A stretch of 63,302 nucleotides of DNA, counting the filler, from Asterionella formosa (taxonomy: Eukaryota), in the NCBI GenBank assembly GCA_002256025.1. It is 21 parts of 21 records of this genome, joined end to end, with 100 filler letters (N's around TTAATTAATTAA, not from the genome) between each part and the next. Parts side by side here need not be neighbours in the genome. Positions count along the whole stretch, not along the records: positions 1 to 1,196 come from NKIB01003743.1; positions 1,297 to 20,608 come from NKIB01003744.1; 19 more parts are not named here. One strand, 5' to 3'. This document shows positions 1-11,592 of this stretch, in pieces. The notes beneath the pieces are model-generated. The model had not been told where the DNA came from. It searched no databases and saw only the letters and a program-made list of their open reading frames with translations. Both the position numbers and the translations under genes were made by a program. Position 1 is the first letter of the stretch, and each line of letters opens with the position of its first letter.

Positions 1-1
1 G

Positions 2-664
2 ATGGTTCCTCCACCTGAAATGAAAATACCTCCAACTGCTGACACACTCGACATTGACGAGATGGATCCATCCGAAAATGTCGTACCTGCAACTACTACT
101 GGTACACTTCTTGACATTAACGAGATTCTTGGTCCCCCTGAAAAGAGGAAACCCTTTCCCGGTTGGCTAGCCAATATTGATGAGTTCGTCAACTCGCTCA
201 TAGTACCAGATGACTTTATTCTGGATGAAAGTGGGCTGGGATTGATTCATATAAAAGGAATCGACATAAAACATATATCTGTCAAGGTACTTCGAAAAAT
301 TTGCGTGAGATTTAAAGTGTCAGGGTACAGGAATGGCAAGAAGGACTCCACTATTTCCTTAATTGTCCGTTTACTGAAAAGAGACTGGCTGGTTGGTCAA
401 CTATACCCCCCCACTCCTATGATCACTTATAATGAAGTGATTGGCATCCACAACAACAACAGGAACAATGATGAATCTATTATTGAAGATGAAGAAAAGA
501 GTTGTGGCAATGTTGATATGGACTCTGATTGTTCACAGAAAGGGAAGCCAGATGAAGCAGAAAAAGACCCTGACTATGTTCTTAATTCGCAAAATAGCAG
601 TGATGACGATGACAAATCATTGACTCTTCGCTGTTCCATTGCTTCCAAAATCATCATTCCGTGA
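2..664 (+). CDS. Partial hypothetical protein with a SAP/Rho-N-like helix (LRKICVRFKVSGYRNGKKDSTISLI); possibly a decaying transposon accessory gene
   Basis: 220-aa ORF open at the contig start. Downstream, short broken frames and an ~85-bp direct repeat follow. Confidence 0.35.
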   Translation: MVPPPEMKIPPTADTLDIDEMDPSENVVPATTTGTLLDINEILGPPEKRKPFPGWLANIDEFVNSLIVPDDFILDESGLGLIHIKGIDIKHISVKVLRKICVRFKVSGYRNGKKDSTISLIVRLLKRDWLVGQLYPPTPMITYNEVIGIHNNNRNNDESIIEDEEKSCGNVDMDSDCSQKGKPDEAEKDPDYVLNSQNSSDDDDKSLTLRCSIASKIIIP

Positions 665-915
665 AAGTACTGATAGTGCCAAATCTTCATCCTTATCATC
701 AAAGACTGTTGGCAGGAACATCAAAAAGTCAGGAAGTCATGATGACTTTGTTAATTTTGTCGGAAGCCAACCTTATATTTATCACTAACATTTATGGTTG
801 TGCCAAGTTCCTCACCTTCTCAATTTTGCTGTTCCATGCATTGCTTCCAAAATCATCATTCCGTGAAAGTATTGATAGTGCCAAATCTTCATCCTGATCA
901 TTGAAGACTGTTGGC
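630..915 (+). repeat. Imperfect ~85-bp direct repeat (630-713 and 828-915)
   Basis: gctgttccat..ttgcttccaaaatcatcattccgtgaaagta(c/t)tgatagtgccaaatcttcatcct..aagactgttggc occurs twice. Confidence 0.9.
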
Positions 916-1196
916 TCAAAGAAAGGAAAATGTTCATCTACTTCATCCAATCATTACCATCATTCCTCTTCTATGGTACAAATGGCAAATGCATTGCTTA
1001 GAGTGTTTTGTAAGAGTAAATGCAGTGTAACTTCAAGTGCTTCAATCTTCAGCAGCACCAAGACGCGACAAAGAGATCCTAGATGTTCTGGATCTCTATA
1101 AAAGTCGTCTCAAGAATGCTCGGAAGGATTTGGAAGAGTTGGAGAATCATGGGTATGACTCCAATAATTCTGATGTAGTTCAGGCTCGACTAGAAA

Positions 1197-1296
1197 NNNN
1201 NNNNNNNNNNNNNNNNNNNNNNNNNNNNNNNNNNNNNNNNTTAATTAATTAANNNNNNNNNNNNNNNNNNNNNNNNNNNNNNNNNNNNNNNNNNNN
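1197..1296. other. Artificial contig linker (44 N + TTAATTAATTAA + 44 N), first of 20
   Basis: Identical 100-nt blocks start at 1197, 20609, 21904, 23199, 24494, 25789, 27084, 28379, 47773, 49068, 50363, 51657, 52951, 54245, 55539, 56833, 58127, 59421, 60715 and 62009. The 12-mer has stops in all six frames. The small contigs between linkers are 1194-1196 bp. Confidence 0.98.
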
Positions 1297-1321
1297 CCTT
1301 GTTTCCGCAAAACACAATTCA

Positions 1322-2278
1322 TTAGAATAGGCAACGGATAGCTTTCAACTTTATGACTCTATCATCATTCAACAACACTTCCAAGCCCTCTTGTTTCAGC
1401 CTGTATTGTTTCCATTGACGTTGGAGCCAACAATGGAGGCGTGAATTGGTTTTCGGTGTTGGTCGATAGCCATGGTTGTCCACAAAAGCTTTGAGTTCTT
1501 CATACCTCTTATTCCACTGAGCTTCTCGAAAACTAAAAATAAAGCCATAATTTTCCAGCAGCTTGATTCGGTGTTCGGTCAAGAAAGACTTTTGTCCCGC
1601 TTTGAGCTTCTTGAACTCGTGCCGCTGCACATCGACCCAGTTCGCAAGCAATGGGTATTGCAAGCATTTCAAGGGGATGTCACAATGGCCGTGATCCACA
1701 ATATATTTCCCAAATTCTCGGTATCGTTGCATCCAAATTTCTTCCCTCAAGCTCCACGAAAAGGCAATCGCTTCCAGTTTCGTTTTCCGCTCCGTTGACA
1801 GTGACTTTGCTTTCCACATGGCACGTTGAGTCTTTGTCCATCGGTGCAACACAGGATCTTCTTCCAGCGTGATGGATGTATGCCCATTTGTTTCATAATG
1901 GATTTTCAGTTTGCCGTAGTTATCTTCCCATTGCTGCTCGTAAACCTCCCAAATCATGTCAACCGATTCAAGTGCTTTAACACGTTCTGGCTGTAGGGCC
2001 CCCAGTAGATGCAAGTGTCGGTTTCGTTGCACCCAATAGTGTAAGTTCTTATCATCTTTCAAAGTGACTTGAGAGTGGCCATTCTTTGCGTGAAACGCCT
2101 TCAATGCTGCCAGGTGTTCGCTCCACTGTGCTTGCTTCTGTTTATATGCCTGTTGTTCAGCTGGTGACAATACCTCCACTGGTCCATGACTTCGTCCTTC
2201 GAGAGCAGCACTCTGGAATCGTATATTCGGTATCTTCAGCTCATGCCTTCTGCACAATCCCAGGGTGAAACGAAGCAT
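1322..2278 (-). CDS. Helicase-associated (HA) domain repeat protein, about 4 repeats, with a probable mitochondrial presequence
   Basis: Repeated W..+Y..L..F...GH......L..WV..QR.......L...R...L..+GF.W pattern. The first ATG is at 2278 (MLRFTLGLCRRHELKIPNIRFQSAA); the longer ORF call starts at a GTG. Confidence 0.85.
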   Translation of the reverse strand: MLRFTLGLCRRHELKIPNIRFQSAALEGRSHGPVEVLSPAEQQAYKQKQAQWSEHLAALKAFHAKNGHSQVTLKDDKNLHYWVQRNRHLHLLGALQPERVKALESVDMIWEVYEQQWEDNYGKLKIHYETNGHTSITLEEDPVLHRWTKTQRAMWKAKSLSTERKTKLEAIAFSWSLREEIWMQRYREFGKYIVDHGHCDIPLKCLQYPLLANWVDVQRHEFKKLKAGQKSFLTEHRIKLLENYGFIFSFREAQWNKRYEELKAFVDNHGYRPTPKTNSRLHCWLQRQWKQYRLKQEGLEVLLNDDRVIKLKAIRCLF

Positions 2279-2863
2279 CGTTCTGAACAGCACCTTTAGT
2301 GTGATGGCAAGCGTACTTTGTGTGTCTAGATGAGTATATCTGTTATTACCCTCTGCTTTGCTTGGTACAAGGTAACAGGTACCAGGTAGACTACCTGGTA
2401 CTACAAACCGGTATGTGGATTTTTTAGGGCATAGAAGTACCGGCTTAGAAAAGAAACGTGTGTTTCTTTCTTGTCGTTGCTCCCGCACGCACCAGCCATT
2501 TACTGATATACCGGTATACCGGTACTTTATTTATTTTTACTTCCTCCTGCATGAAGATCATTTATCATCACAACTTTATTACATCACCAATACAATGTAT
2601 TGCATTGATTGCTATATAATGTATTCACATTTCTTTCGATGTCGTCTAGACTAAAAAATAGTTTGAAAGGTACCGGTAAACTGCAGTTACCGTACTATTT
2701 GCTCGTACCAGGGAATAACACGCCTCAATCAAGATGTTCGAAGGTAAGGAGTTAGTACCATACCGATTGAACATACACGCAAGGTAAGAAATGATTCTCA
2801 CATGATCATCGACGTAAATCACCACAGCAAAAATGCCTGACATTGTCAACATTATCTCCCACC

Positions 2864-3751
2864 ATGGGCGCAACCCCAGATGAAGAGAAGGAGCTGTTAA
2901 AGGATCTAGGAATTGATGAATCCGAAATCTACGCACAAGAACTAGACAGAAAAAATCTGCATCCTGCTATCGCCGTTGCTTTGGGTATTTTTGGAATTCT
3001 AAATATCGGCCTGTTGCTGAGCCTTCCACCCGTCCTACTAGGGAGAGGCGCACCTTACCTGCCAACGTCTAGAAAAAGAATGGATGTCATGTTCAAACCA
3101 CTTCATTTGTATTTTTCCCAGCATCCGACCAACTCTTTGAGATTCGCAGATCTCGGCAGCNNNNNNNNNNNNNNNNNNNNNNNNNNNNNNNNNNNNNNNN
3201 NNNNNNNNNNNNNNNNNNNNNNNNNNNNNNNNNNNNNNNNNNNNNNNNNNNNNNNNNNNNNNNNNNNNNNNNNNNNNNNNNNNNNNNNNNNNNNNNNNNN
3301 NNNNNNNNNNNNNNNNNNNNNNNNNNNNNNNNNNNNNNNNNNNNNNNNNNNNNNNNNNNNNNNNNNNNNNNNNNNNNNNNNNNNNNNNNNNNNNNNNNNN
3401 NNNNNNNNNNNNNNNNNNNNNNNNNNNNNNNNNNNNNNNNNNNNNNNNNNNNNNNNNNNNNNNNNNNNNNNNNNNNNNNNNNNNNNNNNNNNNNNNNNNN
3501 NNNNNNNNNNNNNNNNNNNNNNNNNNNNNNNNNNNNNNNNNNNNNNNNNNNNNNNNNNNNNNNNNNNNNNNNNNNNNNNNNNNNNNNNNNTAGGTGTGAA
3601 ACTCAAGTCGGAACTGAAGCCAGGGAGTGTCGTGATCTCAAACGTATTCGACATTCCCAGTTGGAAGCCATCGAACATGAGTCGAGAAGGTGTGCATATT
3701 TATATAACGCCGGATTGCTGGGAGAGTGACGTGGATCCTAATGAAATGTGA
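2864..3751 (+). CDS. FAM173 (ATPSCKMT/ANTKMT)-family lysine methyltransferase; middle hidden by a gap
   Basis: An N-terminal TM helix is followed by GAPYLPT and motif I (FADLGS). The C-terminus reads KLKSELKPGSVVISNVFDIPSWKP. There is an N gap at 3161-3590. Confidence 0.8.
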   Translation: MGATPDEEKELLKDLGIDESEIYAQELDRKNLHPAIAVALGIFGILNIGLLLSLPPVLLGRGAPYLPTSRKRMDVMFKPLHLYFSQHPTNSLRFADLGSXXXXXXXXXXXXXXXXXXXXXXXXXXXXXXXXXXXXXXXXXXXXXXXXXXXXXXXXXXXXXXXXXXXXXXXXXXXXXXXXXXXXXXXXXXXXXXXXXXXXXXXXXXXXXXXXXXXXXXXXXXXXXXXXXXXXXXXXXXXXXXXXGVKLKSELKPGSVVISNVFDIPSWKPSNMSREGVHIYITPDCWESDVDPNEM

Positions 3752-3846
3752 TCGCGGTTCTTTTACAGTAATACTCAGAAAATGTAGAAATTTTTGCTAG
3801 TGCGCATTGTCGGTTGTCATGACAATAATTAAGTCCCCACTATATC

Positions 3847-5746
3847 CTAAATGACATCAATGTTAACTAGCTCCGTATCTTCATCGTATCCCGGATTGTA
3901 TTCTTCATTCAATTTATCGTCAGGTGGAAGAGGAGCGCTATAAGATTTGGTCTTTGGGTTTCTCCTCTTACGAGTGAAATAAAGCCCTGCCAATAACAAT
4001 GCCGTAAATCCAGCAAGAACACCACCAACAATGGCACCAACATTCTTGGTGTTCCCTGATCCGGCACAAGATTCTGCCCCTTTGTAGTATGACTGGGTTC
4101 CATCATCATAATAACCTCCAATATCAGCACAAGTGAGTCCAAGGCAGCGGTAGCTGTACTCAAAAGCAGCCTTGACTGCGGGAAAATTAGGAACGTCAGA
4201 CCCAATGGCCATAGCATTGTATATGGTTTCAGATTTGGTCGGGTTACAATCATGAATCAAAGGCAGCACAGCAGCAGCAAATGCTGCACCTTCGGCTTGG
4301 GCAGTGTTGCTGTGCATAATTTCCCCTCGATAGTACGCAAAGCGTAGAGTTCCTTGAATCATTGGGACAGCCATCAAAGCTTCAATGCGTTCCTTCACAA
4401 CGCGGGCTTCAGAGCATTTACCTTCCCCTAACAGCGATTGTCCCTGCTTGAATGCGCGGAAAATGTCAATGTTAACCTTTGCCTGTCCTTGGTTCATATC
4501 TCCAGATTCCCCGCATGTCTTGAAGCTCTTACAATTGTTATCCGCCACGGCGCTTAGAAGGTGACCAACACCCGATCCATCGTCTCCCTCGGACGACCCA
4601 GTGTAATAAGCAACAGCTTCGTCCCATGGATGAACAGCTACAATGAGCTTGGCATCGCACTGATCAAGTGCCTGCTCCAACTTGTAAATCACATAATGAT
4701 ATACGTTAAGGAGAACAGTCCCTAATTCAATGACCTCTGTATGAATGAAAAAAGGAAAAACAATGGTCAGCAGTAGAAGTCATGTCACGTTCTGAAATCA
4801 GACATTTTCACTTACGTTGAAGCGCAGTTATATCTACAGTTGAGAAATCCGCATTTCCGAACCTAAAATTGGTAGCATTTTTGTTGAAAGCAGATGTGAC
4901 CCATTCGTCACCAAAAGATGCATTTCCATAATATTTGTAGAACTTGTTAAAGGTCACGTAAGGACAAGTTTTACAGCTCAACATGTCTGCCGACGCCTCC
5001 GTACTTAACTTCTGAAGGGTACGTCCATTCTTGTTGTTTTCACGCATATTGTATTTGTAATCGAGTAGTTTACCATCAACCGTGACGTTTCCTATTTCAA
5101 TAAAGCCTAAGGTGCAGGTGTTAGCACTGAAAGCGATGGATGGAAAAGAAAGAAAAAAGTGCACAACTTACATCCTTCAAGGAATGCTCGGCGAATTGCA
5201 GTGAGTCCTCCAACACGACAACCAACCCATTCGTCCTGGACTTCACTAACCTCGTATAGAACGCTGAGCTTAATAGATCCGCTAGGTTGATCGCCCAAGG
5301 TGAATCCTGAGACGGCATTTATGCCGTCGGGGGCATATCCAGTCACATACGTGTTGGCAGGAACTTTTCTTGTCAAAGCCTTTGTGAGTGTTAGCTCTGC
5401 ATAGGAATTTGAGTTGCCTCCTTCAGTGTACAAGCGCTTGGCATTGAGGAAAGATTCGGTTTTCTTGTGGGCGAGCTGAGACTGCATTGTTTTTTGATCC
5501 AGGTCAAGGGCATTCTAATGTACGGAATGCAAAGTGTAACAATGACTGAGAATGGATTTGATCAACAAAAAAGTAATGGGAAAGATCACAAGTTATACTT
5601 ACTTGATCAGTTACAATGCTCTGGGGCTCGTATCCTGCAATAAGCTGGAGCGAGAGTTGTCTGGGCGTATCAGGCTTGTCAACGGGAGCAACAGCATTGC
5701 TTTGGTGAATGAGCAATGCCACAACGAGTTTCTTGAACGTCAACAT
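3847..5746 (-). CDS. Fea1-domain (low-iron-inducible; ISIP2/phytotransferrin-like) type-I membrane protein, 4 exons: 5746-5603, 5514-5172, 5106-4816, 4736-3847 (555 aa)
   Basis: Three GT-AG introns (88, 65, 79 nt) join four ORFs in frame (1668 nt). It has a signal peptide, motifs IAGYEP..VTDQNALDLDQ, GRTLQKLST, WDEAVAYYTGS, VPMIQGTLRFAY and EGAAFAAAVLP, a C-terminal TM helix and a cytosolic tail. Confidence 0.8.
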
Positions 5747-8248
5747 TTAATGATTGCGTCTCGCGAAATACCGAATTACTTTATGGAGGCAAAGACGTTC
5801 GACAGCAAGTGAATATGAAACGAGAGTCTTCTCAGGATATCCCGCAAATCTACCAATGTCAGCAAACCCGCAAAAGGATTAAGAAGAAATGGCTAGGATG
5901 TGGATGAAAAAAAGTTACTTGACATACCGGTACCAGGTACCGTAGCGTTGGTATGTTTTGCTGTGGTTGTGTATACCGGTTTGAATGAAGGAGTTACCTG
6001 TTATACCACAAGGAGGGAACAGAGGTGATTCAAATCGTTGTTGGTAGGAGTAACCTGGTAAGAGTACAAGGTACCAGGCACCTGGTAGAGGACGGTGATA
6101 TGCTTGTACGTGTGTGCACCAGCTATGGTGTGCAGGTGTGCATGCTACATAGCACGGCAATATGAATTATGTTCGAAATATCCTGATGGAACGAATCCTG
6201 TAACTCTCTAAAATAAGATTGGTACATTGCAAGTGAGTGGATGCTCGCTCGCTTCTGGGGAATTTTTTGGCGCGCAGAAATCATTGAGATTGCCGGTTCA
6301 GGTTGCGGCCCCGGCTTAACCCTAGTTTGCAGAAAACGTCGCTAGGGTTGTTAAAACGGCGTGGAACTGCTCAAAGCAATTCCCGCTCGAGCTATCGTCT
6401 TGCCATTCGGGTACTTCTAAGTAATTTTTAGGCTCTAAGTAATTTCTTAAGTACTTTTATTTAGGGGCAATATGGGGCACATCGAATTTTTCGACAATAA
6501 AATTGCCGATTTTAGCATGACAACCAGAATAACGGTAATATCCATAGAGATGGTGCAACAAGCGTAAAACACACGAGAATGATTGTAACATGCAACATCA
6601 ATGAAAATTGAACATGATGTTTGGAGCAACCAAAGTATGAAATGCGATGTAATAAGTAGCATCAAATGAGAAATAGAAAAAATTGTTTTGGGTTAGAAAT
6701 GAAATAAAAAATAAGAGTTCCAATGGAGACGTATGCATTGTGAATCATTGTAGTACTTGCTTACACATGCAACATTGACTTTCCATCACCATACAATGAT
6801 GATCGAAGACCAAAAGAAGAAGAAAAAAGCTCAACCCAATGTAAACCTGCATCGTTATTTAGCGTCAATGGTCTGGTTGCTGCAACCATGCGCATCGTTG
6901 TAGTAGCCTGACACCAGTAGCAGCATTTCCGCCAAAGTCATTCCTCTCCGCGCACCAAATAAGCAACCCTGATCATTCCATTCTGAGCAAGCGTGATCGT
7001 CACGCAACTACGGCACTATTGACTCTCTGTAGCTGAGTATTCATGTAGCTTCTGATACGAACTCGTAGTAGAAATGTAGCAAAGCGCGTTAGTACAAGAA
7101 AAGCATTGCTTGGCGGCAGTATTGACATCATTGCCAACGACTATACAAATCAACAAATACAATCAATAACAATACATCATCAAAGAGTAGTCAACAATAA
7201 ATGCATTGGTTCTTATTTAGATATGTACAATCGAAACAAAACGACAGTGTGTAACGACAAACAACGATGGAAACGATCAAAACAAACCACAGAAGCAATC
7301 AAATCGGAAAGTCGATAAATACGATCCAAAATCCACATTCAGTGTTTCACTGTTGTACTCACCGATCCGCTTCAACTAGCAAAACAAGCAGTTGAGGGCT
7401 TTGCTGCTGTTAACAAATCAATTGGAATAGGATAGGATCATTTGATGATCTATTTTAACATTTAATTTTAGTGAAACAATCATCATCAATTGATTCATCA
7501 TGATGGCAATCCCTAGTCAAATAAATTAAGCTACGACGAAGTGATTCTAATGTTGAAAATGCTAATTTGCTAATATGATTATTAATGTTCTAATGTAGAT
7601 TTATTGAAGGACTTGAAGGCTTGTCCACTTTTCATAACATCTATTCCTGAATCTGGATGTCCTCGAGAGGGCGGCCGTATCTACAATGATGCCGACTACT
7701 GGTACAGCCACCTCAAAACGACAGTCAAATATGATCACCCAAATTGATTATTTGGGCTGGGTGGCCAAATATTTCAAATGTGTCTACATGAAGTTAAGGG
7801 TATGACATGACCACAAAAAAAATATGATGTATCACAATATATATATATATGATAGGAGCAAACTAAATTACTAGTTTCGACAACTTCCATAACTATTTTA
7901 GAAACCCACATAATTTTTGGGGCCAACTAACAATATTTTCTGGCGATGCGAAGAAAAAATAGTTCAGTTGTAATTTCTATAATACACTACCTTTCTCTAT
8001 ATTTGTGTTCACAAATATTCTTAACTCTGACTAGCATAAATTCTGTTTGTTCGCTCCCATTTTATCGTTACTTGGATCACATTAATACTTCAAGGGTAAA
8101 CAAATATATATTTTATTCTTGTGTAATCAATCGCATTTTAGTTTGTTCAGAATCAATATCATGATCGACATATAACAAGCACACAAGTGAGCCCTTCTTC
8201 GACTTCGTGACAAATAAACAATTCATGCTCAGACAATTCCAAAGAATG

Positions 8249-8282
<34 letters not shown>
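8249..8282 (+). repeat. (AAC)n microsatellite
   Basis: About 11 perfect AAC units. Confidence 0.95.
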
Positions 8283-8469
8283 TTCGCGCAGTTACTAATG
8301 ATGACTGAGGCGGGACCAGAGAATCTTGATTCCATATAATTCAGTATCCTGTGTGTGTCTGAATTTGACTGATTCTGAAATTGTATAAGTTCTACAGGAT
8401 GGCGTGAAATGTCATATATATACATTTTTCTAATATATATTAGCATGATCATTATTTCCGTAAAGTCAA

Positions 8470-9600
8470 AAATGAGAAAGTTCTTGATTTTGCAAGAAGA
8501 ACTCTGGATCACGGATGAAGCATGGGAACTCCCTGGCAACATCAAGGCTGTCTCACGTAAATATGTCATTCACGCCAGCCAAATTCGTCGCTGGATAGCA
8601 AGCTTTCATGCTTTCAATACTCGTTATTGAGATGTAGAAGGTTTATTTTCAGATGAGGGGTGTATGTTATTGAAAAAGCAGGCTTTCCATTTAGGGAAGC
8701 CATGGATCAATAGTGCAGCTGAATTTGCTGCGATTGGTCTTGTGTATGATCAGCTTTGTGCTGACGATCGCGCTTGTTTGTTCATGCTGGCTGCTTACTG
8801 CCAAGCTGAAGTGCTTGTTGGGACATGACGTTCGCTTGAACGTCATGCAACAGCGTGTAGCTTGTTGTTACACGGCCTCACAAAACATTGTGTATTGTTG
8901 TATTACGCCTCACAAGGCGCAAAGCACTTGCTATGATGTAATAAGTGTCATGCAGGAGTATCTCCAGTACATAAATGTGTAGTTTCTTGAAGGATTGTAT
9001 CGTTGTCCTAGTAGTATCATAAATATAGATGAGACAAACATTTATTTTGATATTACAGGTGGGCTCACGCTAGCTGATAGTGGTTTCAAGCAAGACAATC
9101 AGCTTATGCACCAATGGCAGCAGCATGCGTTGCACAGCATTGTTGGGTGTATCAAGCAATGTCTGGAGAGAAGCTTCTTGCTCCTCTTGTTGTTTTCAAA
9201 GGAGTACCAGATGACAGGATCCAGAGATAATATAACAATGAACAGTTTGCTTATCCCCCACAGGTGGTTTATTGTTGTCAGGCTAGGAGTGGGTTGATGA
9301 GTCGGGTTTTTAATGCGTATTCGTGACATTTGAAAGCCATGGACAATCAGTCATGGCACCCAACCATCCCACATTCTAATAGATAAGTTTCAGGTGCATC
9401 TGATGGCGATGAGCCTCAATGCAGTAAAGAAAAATTGTGGCACTGCTGTGGACATCATTTGTGAAAATTACACCTCCAAAATATACGTGTTGGATTTTGG
9501 TGTAAATAAGCCCTTTAGGGAATATATTAGGGATGCCTATGAGAAGTGGATGGTCGCAAATCCTCATGGCACAAAGGTGAAACGTCAGAATGGCTTCCCC
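8470..9600 (+). pseudogene. Degenerate pogo/Tigger-type (DDE_1) transposase
   Basis: Fragments in different frames: HTH-like NIKAVSRKYVIHASQIRRW, IINIDETNIYFD (first catalytic D) and VLDFGVNKPFREYIRDAYEKWM. Many stops and frameshifts. Confidence 0.8.
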
Positions 9601-10080
9601 GAATCATCCTAAACAACAGCCAGCTTGAACCTGATAAAATCATCCTGCTTGACCACCTTCCCACAGCATTTGTGTTGCTCACATGAGCGCCGATTATTGG
9701 ATGCATTCAGTCCAAGCAACTCCCAATTGCGGCGACTATTGATTGCTGCTGATTTTGTTGTTGACTGTGATGCCAGCTCAATGAAGTAAAAAATTTATTT
9801 AGCTTGATCAATCACTACATTAACCATTGATAGAACCTTTGGGCCTATTTATGTAAGTAATGTAAGATAGATGATGAGTTTGAAAAACAAACATTAATAG
9901 TACAAATTACCCTAACATTGCTTGGTAATAATGTTTTTGTCTAGCATATTTAGTCCAAAGCATGAATTTTTGTTGGCTCTTGGTTAAAGATCTTCAAACC
10001 TTTGGCTCTCAGTAGTAAGGTGGTACCAAATAGTTGTATGTGATAATTTAACTACTAATGACATCAGTTCATGCCAGCAT

Positions 10081-11278
10081 TTATGTGCCAGGAACAGCAT
10101 CCTGAAGAAGCATTGATACATTGTCAAGAAAGATTTTGATATCTCTATCATGCTCCCCAGATAGGTTATGATTTGCCATTGGAAGATACAAGCAGTTTGC
10201 CACATCACCATGAATGTTCATAGCCACAACCAATCTGTGCATCAAGGCCTTTGTGTTTACAGTCTTTGGAACATACTCATCTGATCCTGAATATGCAACC
10301 AGCAATTTCAAGTTTCTCAGCTTTCCAACATGACTCAATCTCTTTTCCAACTCTTCATCACTTAAGTCTGAACTGAAGAAATCATCTGCACCACCCCATT
10401 CCTGAAGATCCAATAGTCGTTTCGCTGTGATGGGGGCCCAAAATGCATCTCTGGGCATATACTCTGCTTCTTTACCCGAACTCCTAAGATTTAGTGCGTA
10501 CTCAATATTTCGATCATAGTTTGGCTGGAGCATTGCACATTCTCGATCACTAACTGGAGCTTGAAGCACAACAGCCTAAATGTGAAGGCATTTGGTGATT
10601 AGCAACATAGTCCTAAACGGTCGAACGGAGAAGTCCAATCTATTTTCCCATATCGATTAACAAACATACCTTGGTCATCTCAACTAACTCTAATGGGCCG
10701 TGCTGAGTATAATAATGTTAGTCAACGCAATCGCAGGATTATTTCAATCAGTTAGAAGCCGTCGAAAAGCTGAATAAATTATGCAATGGATGCTCCTACC
10801 TTCAGGAAATGAATAGAGTTCTGACAACCAGTTGAGTGCCCGATCAAAGCAAAATTATCAGCACTTCTATGATGCTTCAGATACAGCATGAGGACGCTGT
10901 GTTCATAGGGTAGTGCATCGTAAGAAACATATTTGTGAATCAAGCAAAGACCAGCGGGAAAATAGATATCTTTATGTACCTTAGTTCGCTAGTGTCTCTT
11001 TCAAGGTCACCATTTCCAAAACCCAAGTAGCTCGAACTTAGTATTGGTTGGACGAGCGACCAGCCCAAGGCATGACATGCCTTTTCTAGGGGTTCTGTAT
11101 ACGGTGTGGGGAGCAATCCATCGGAGAGTCCGCCGATCAAGATACACGCCTTTCTCGGCGGAGCAGCGGGGTCCGCGGACGTCTCAAATGCCACCAAATT
11201 ACGACTGTATTGAAATATCGTCCCGTGAAGAGTACCGTAGGAAGACAAGGGAGGGATTGGTGGACATGGCTTCACCAT
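10081..11278 (-). CDS. DUF1749 (UPF0613 / fusarinine C esterase SidJ-like) alpha/beta hydrolase, 4 exons: 11278-10980, 10896-10800, 10702-10670, 10575-10081 (307 aa)
   Basis: GT-AG introns give a 924-nt frame. Motifs are IGGLSDGL, LVQPILSSSYLGFG, nucleophile GHSTGCQ, LQAPVSDRE, DDFFSSDL, SGSDEYVP and ANHNL. Confidence 0.88.
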
Positions 11279-11592
11279 CTTGGTTCGGTTTCGTGGTTGC
11301 ACTTTGTACTGAATATGATATCCAAGATATCAACATGAATTAATAAATGGGATTATAGTTGAGCAAATTAAAATACGGTATAATAATTTACATCAATTTA
11401 TGTTAGCAATATTAAAATGTATACCGTATGTGTTCACTGTCGCGCTACTGTACGTAGTCAACCGTAGTACTGTCCAAATTTGTTTGTATAAAATGAGCGA
11501 GGAGATGATGAATATTCAATCGATCAACCAAGGTCCCAGGGTATCAACTGAAACTTTACGAATGGAAAGCTCTGTTTGTTGCTAACCTAGGA

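Noticed and set aside
6106..6139. ACACGTAC and ACACCTGC upstream of the Fea1-like gene, similar to an ACACGTGC low-iron motif I recall from diatoms
   Set aside because: Each has one mismatch in an 8-mer, which is expected by chance.
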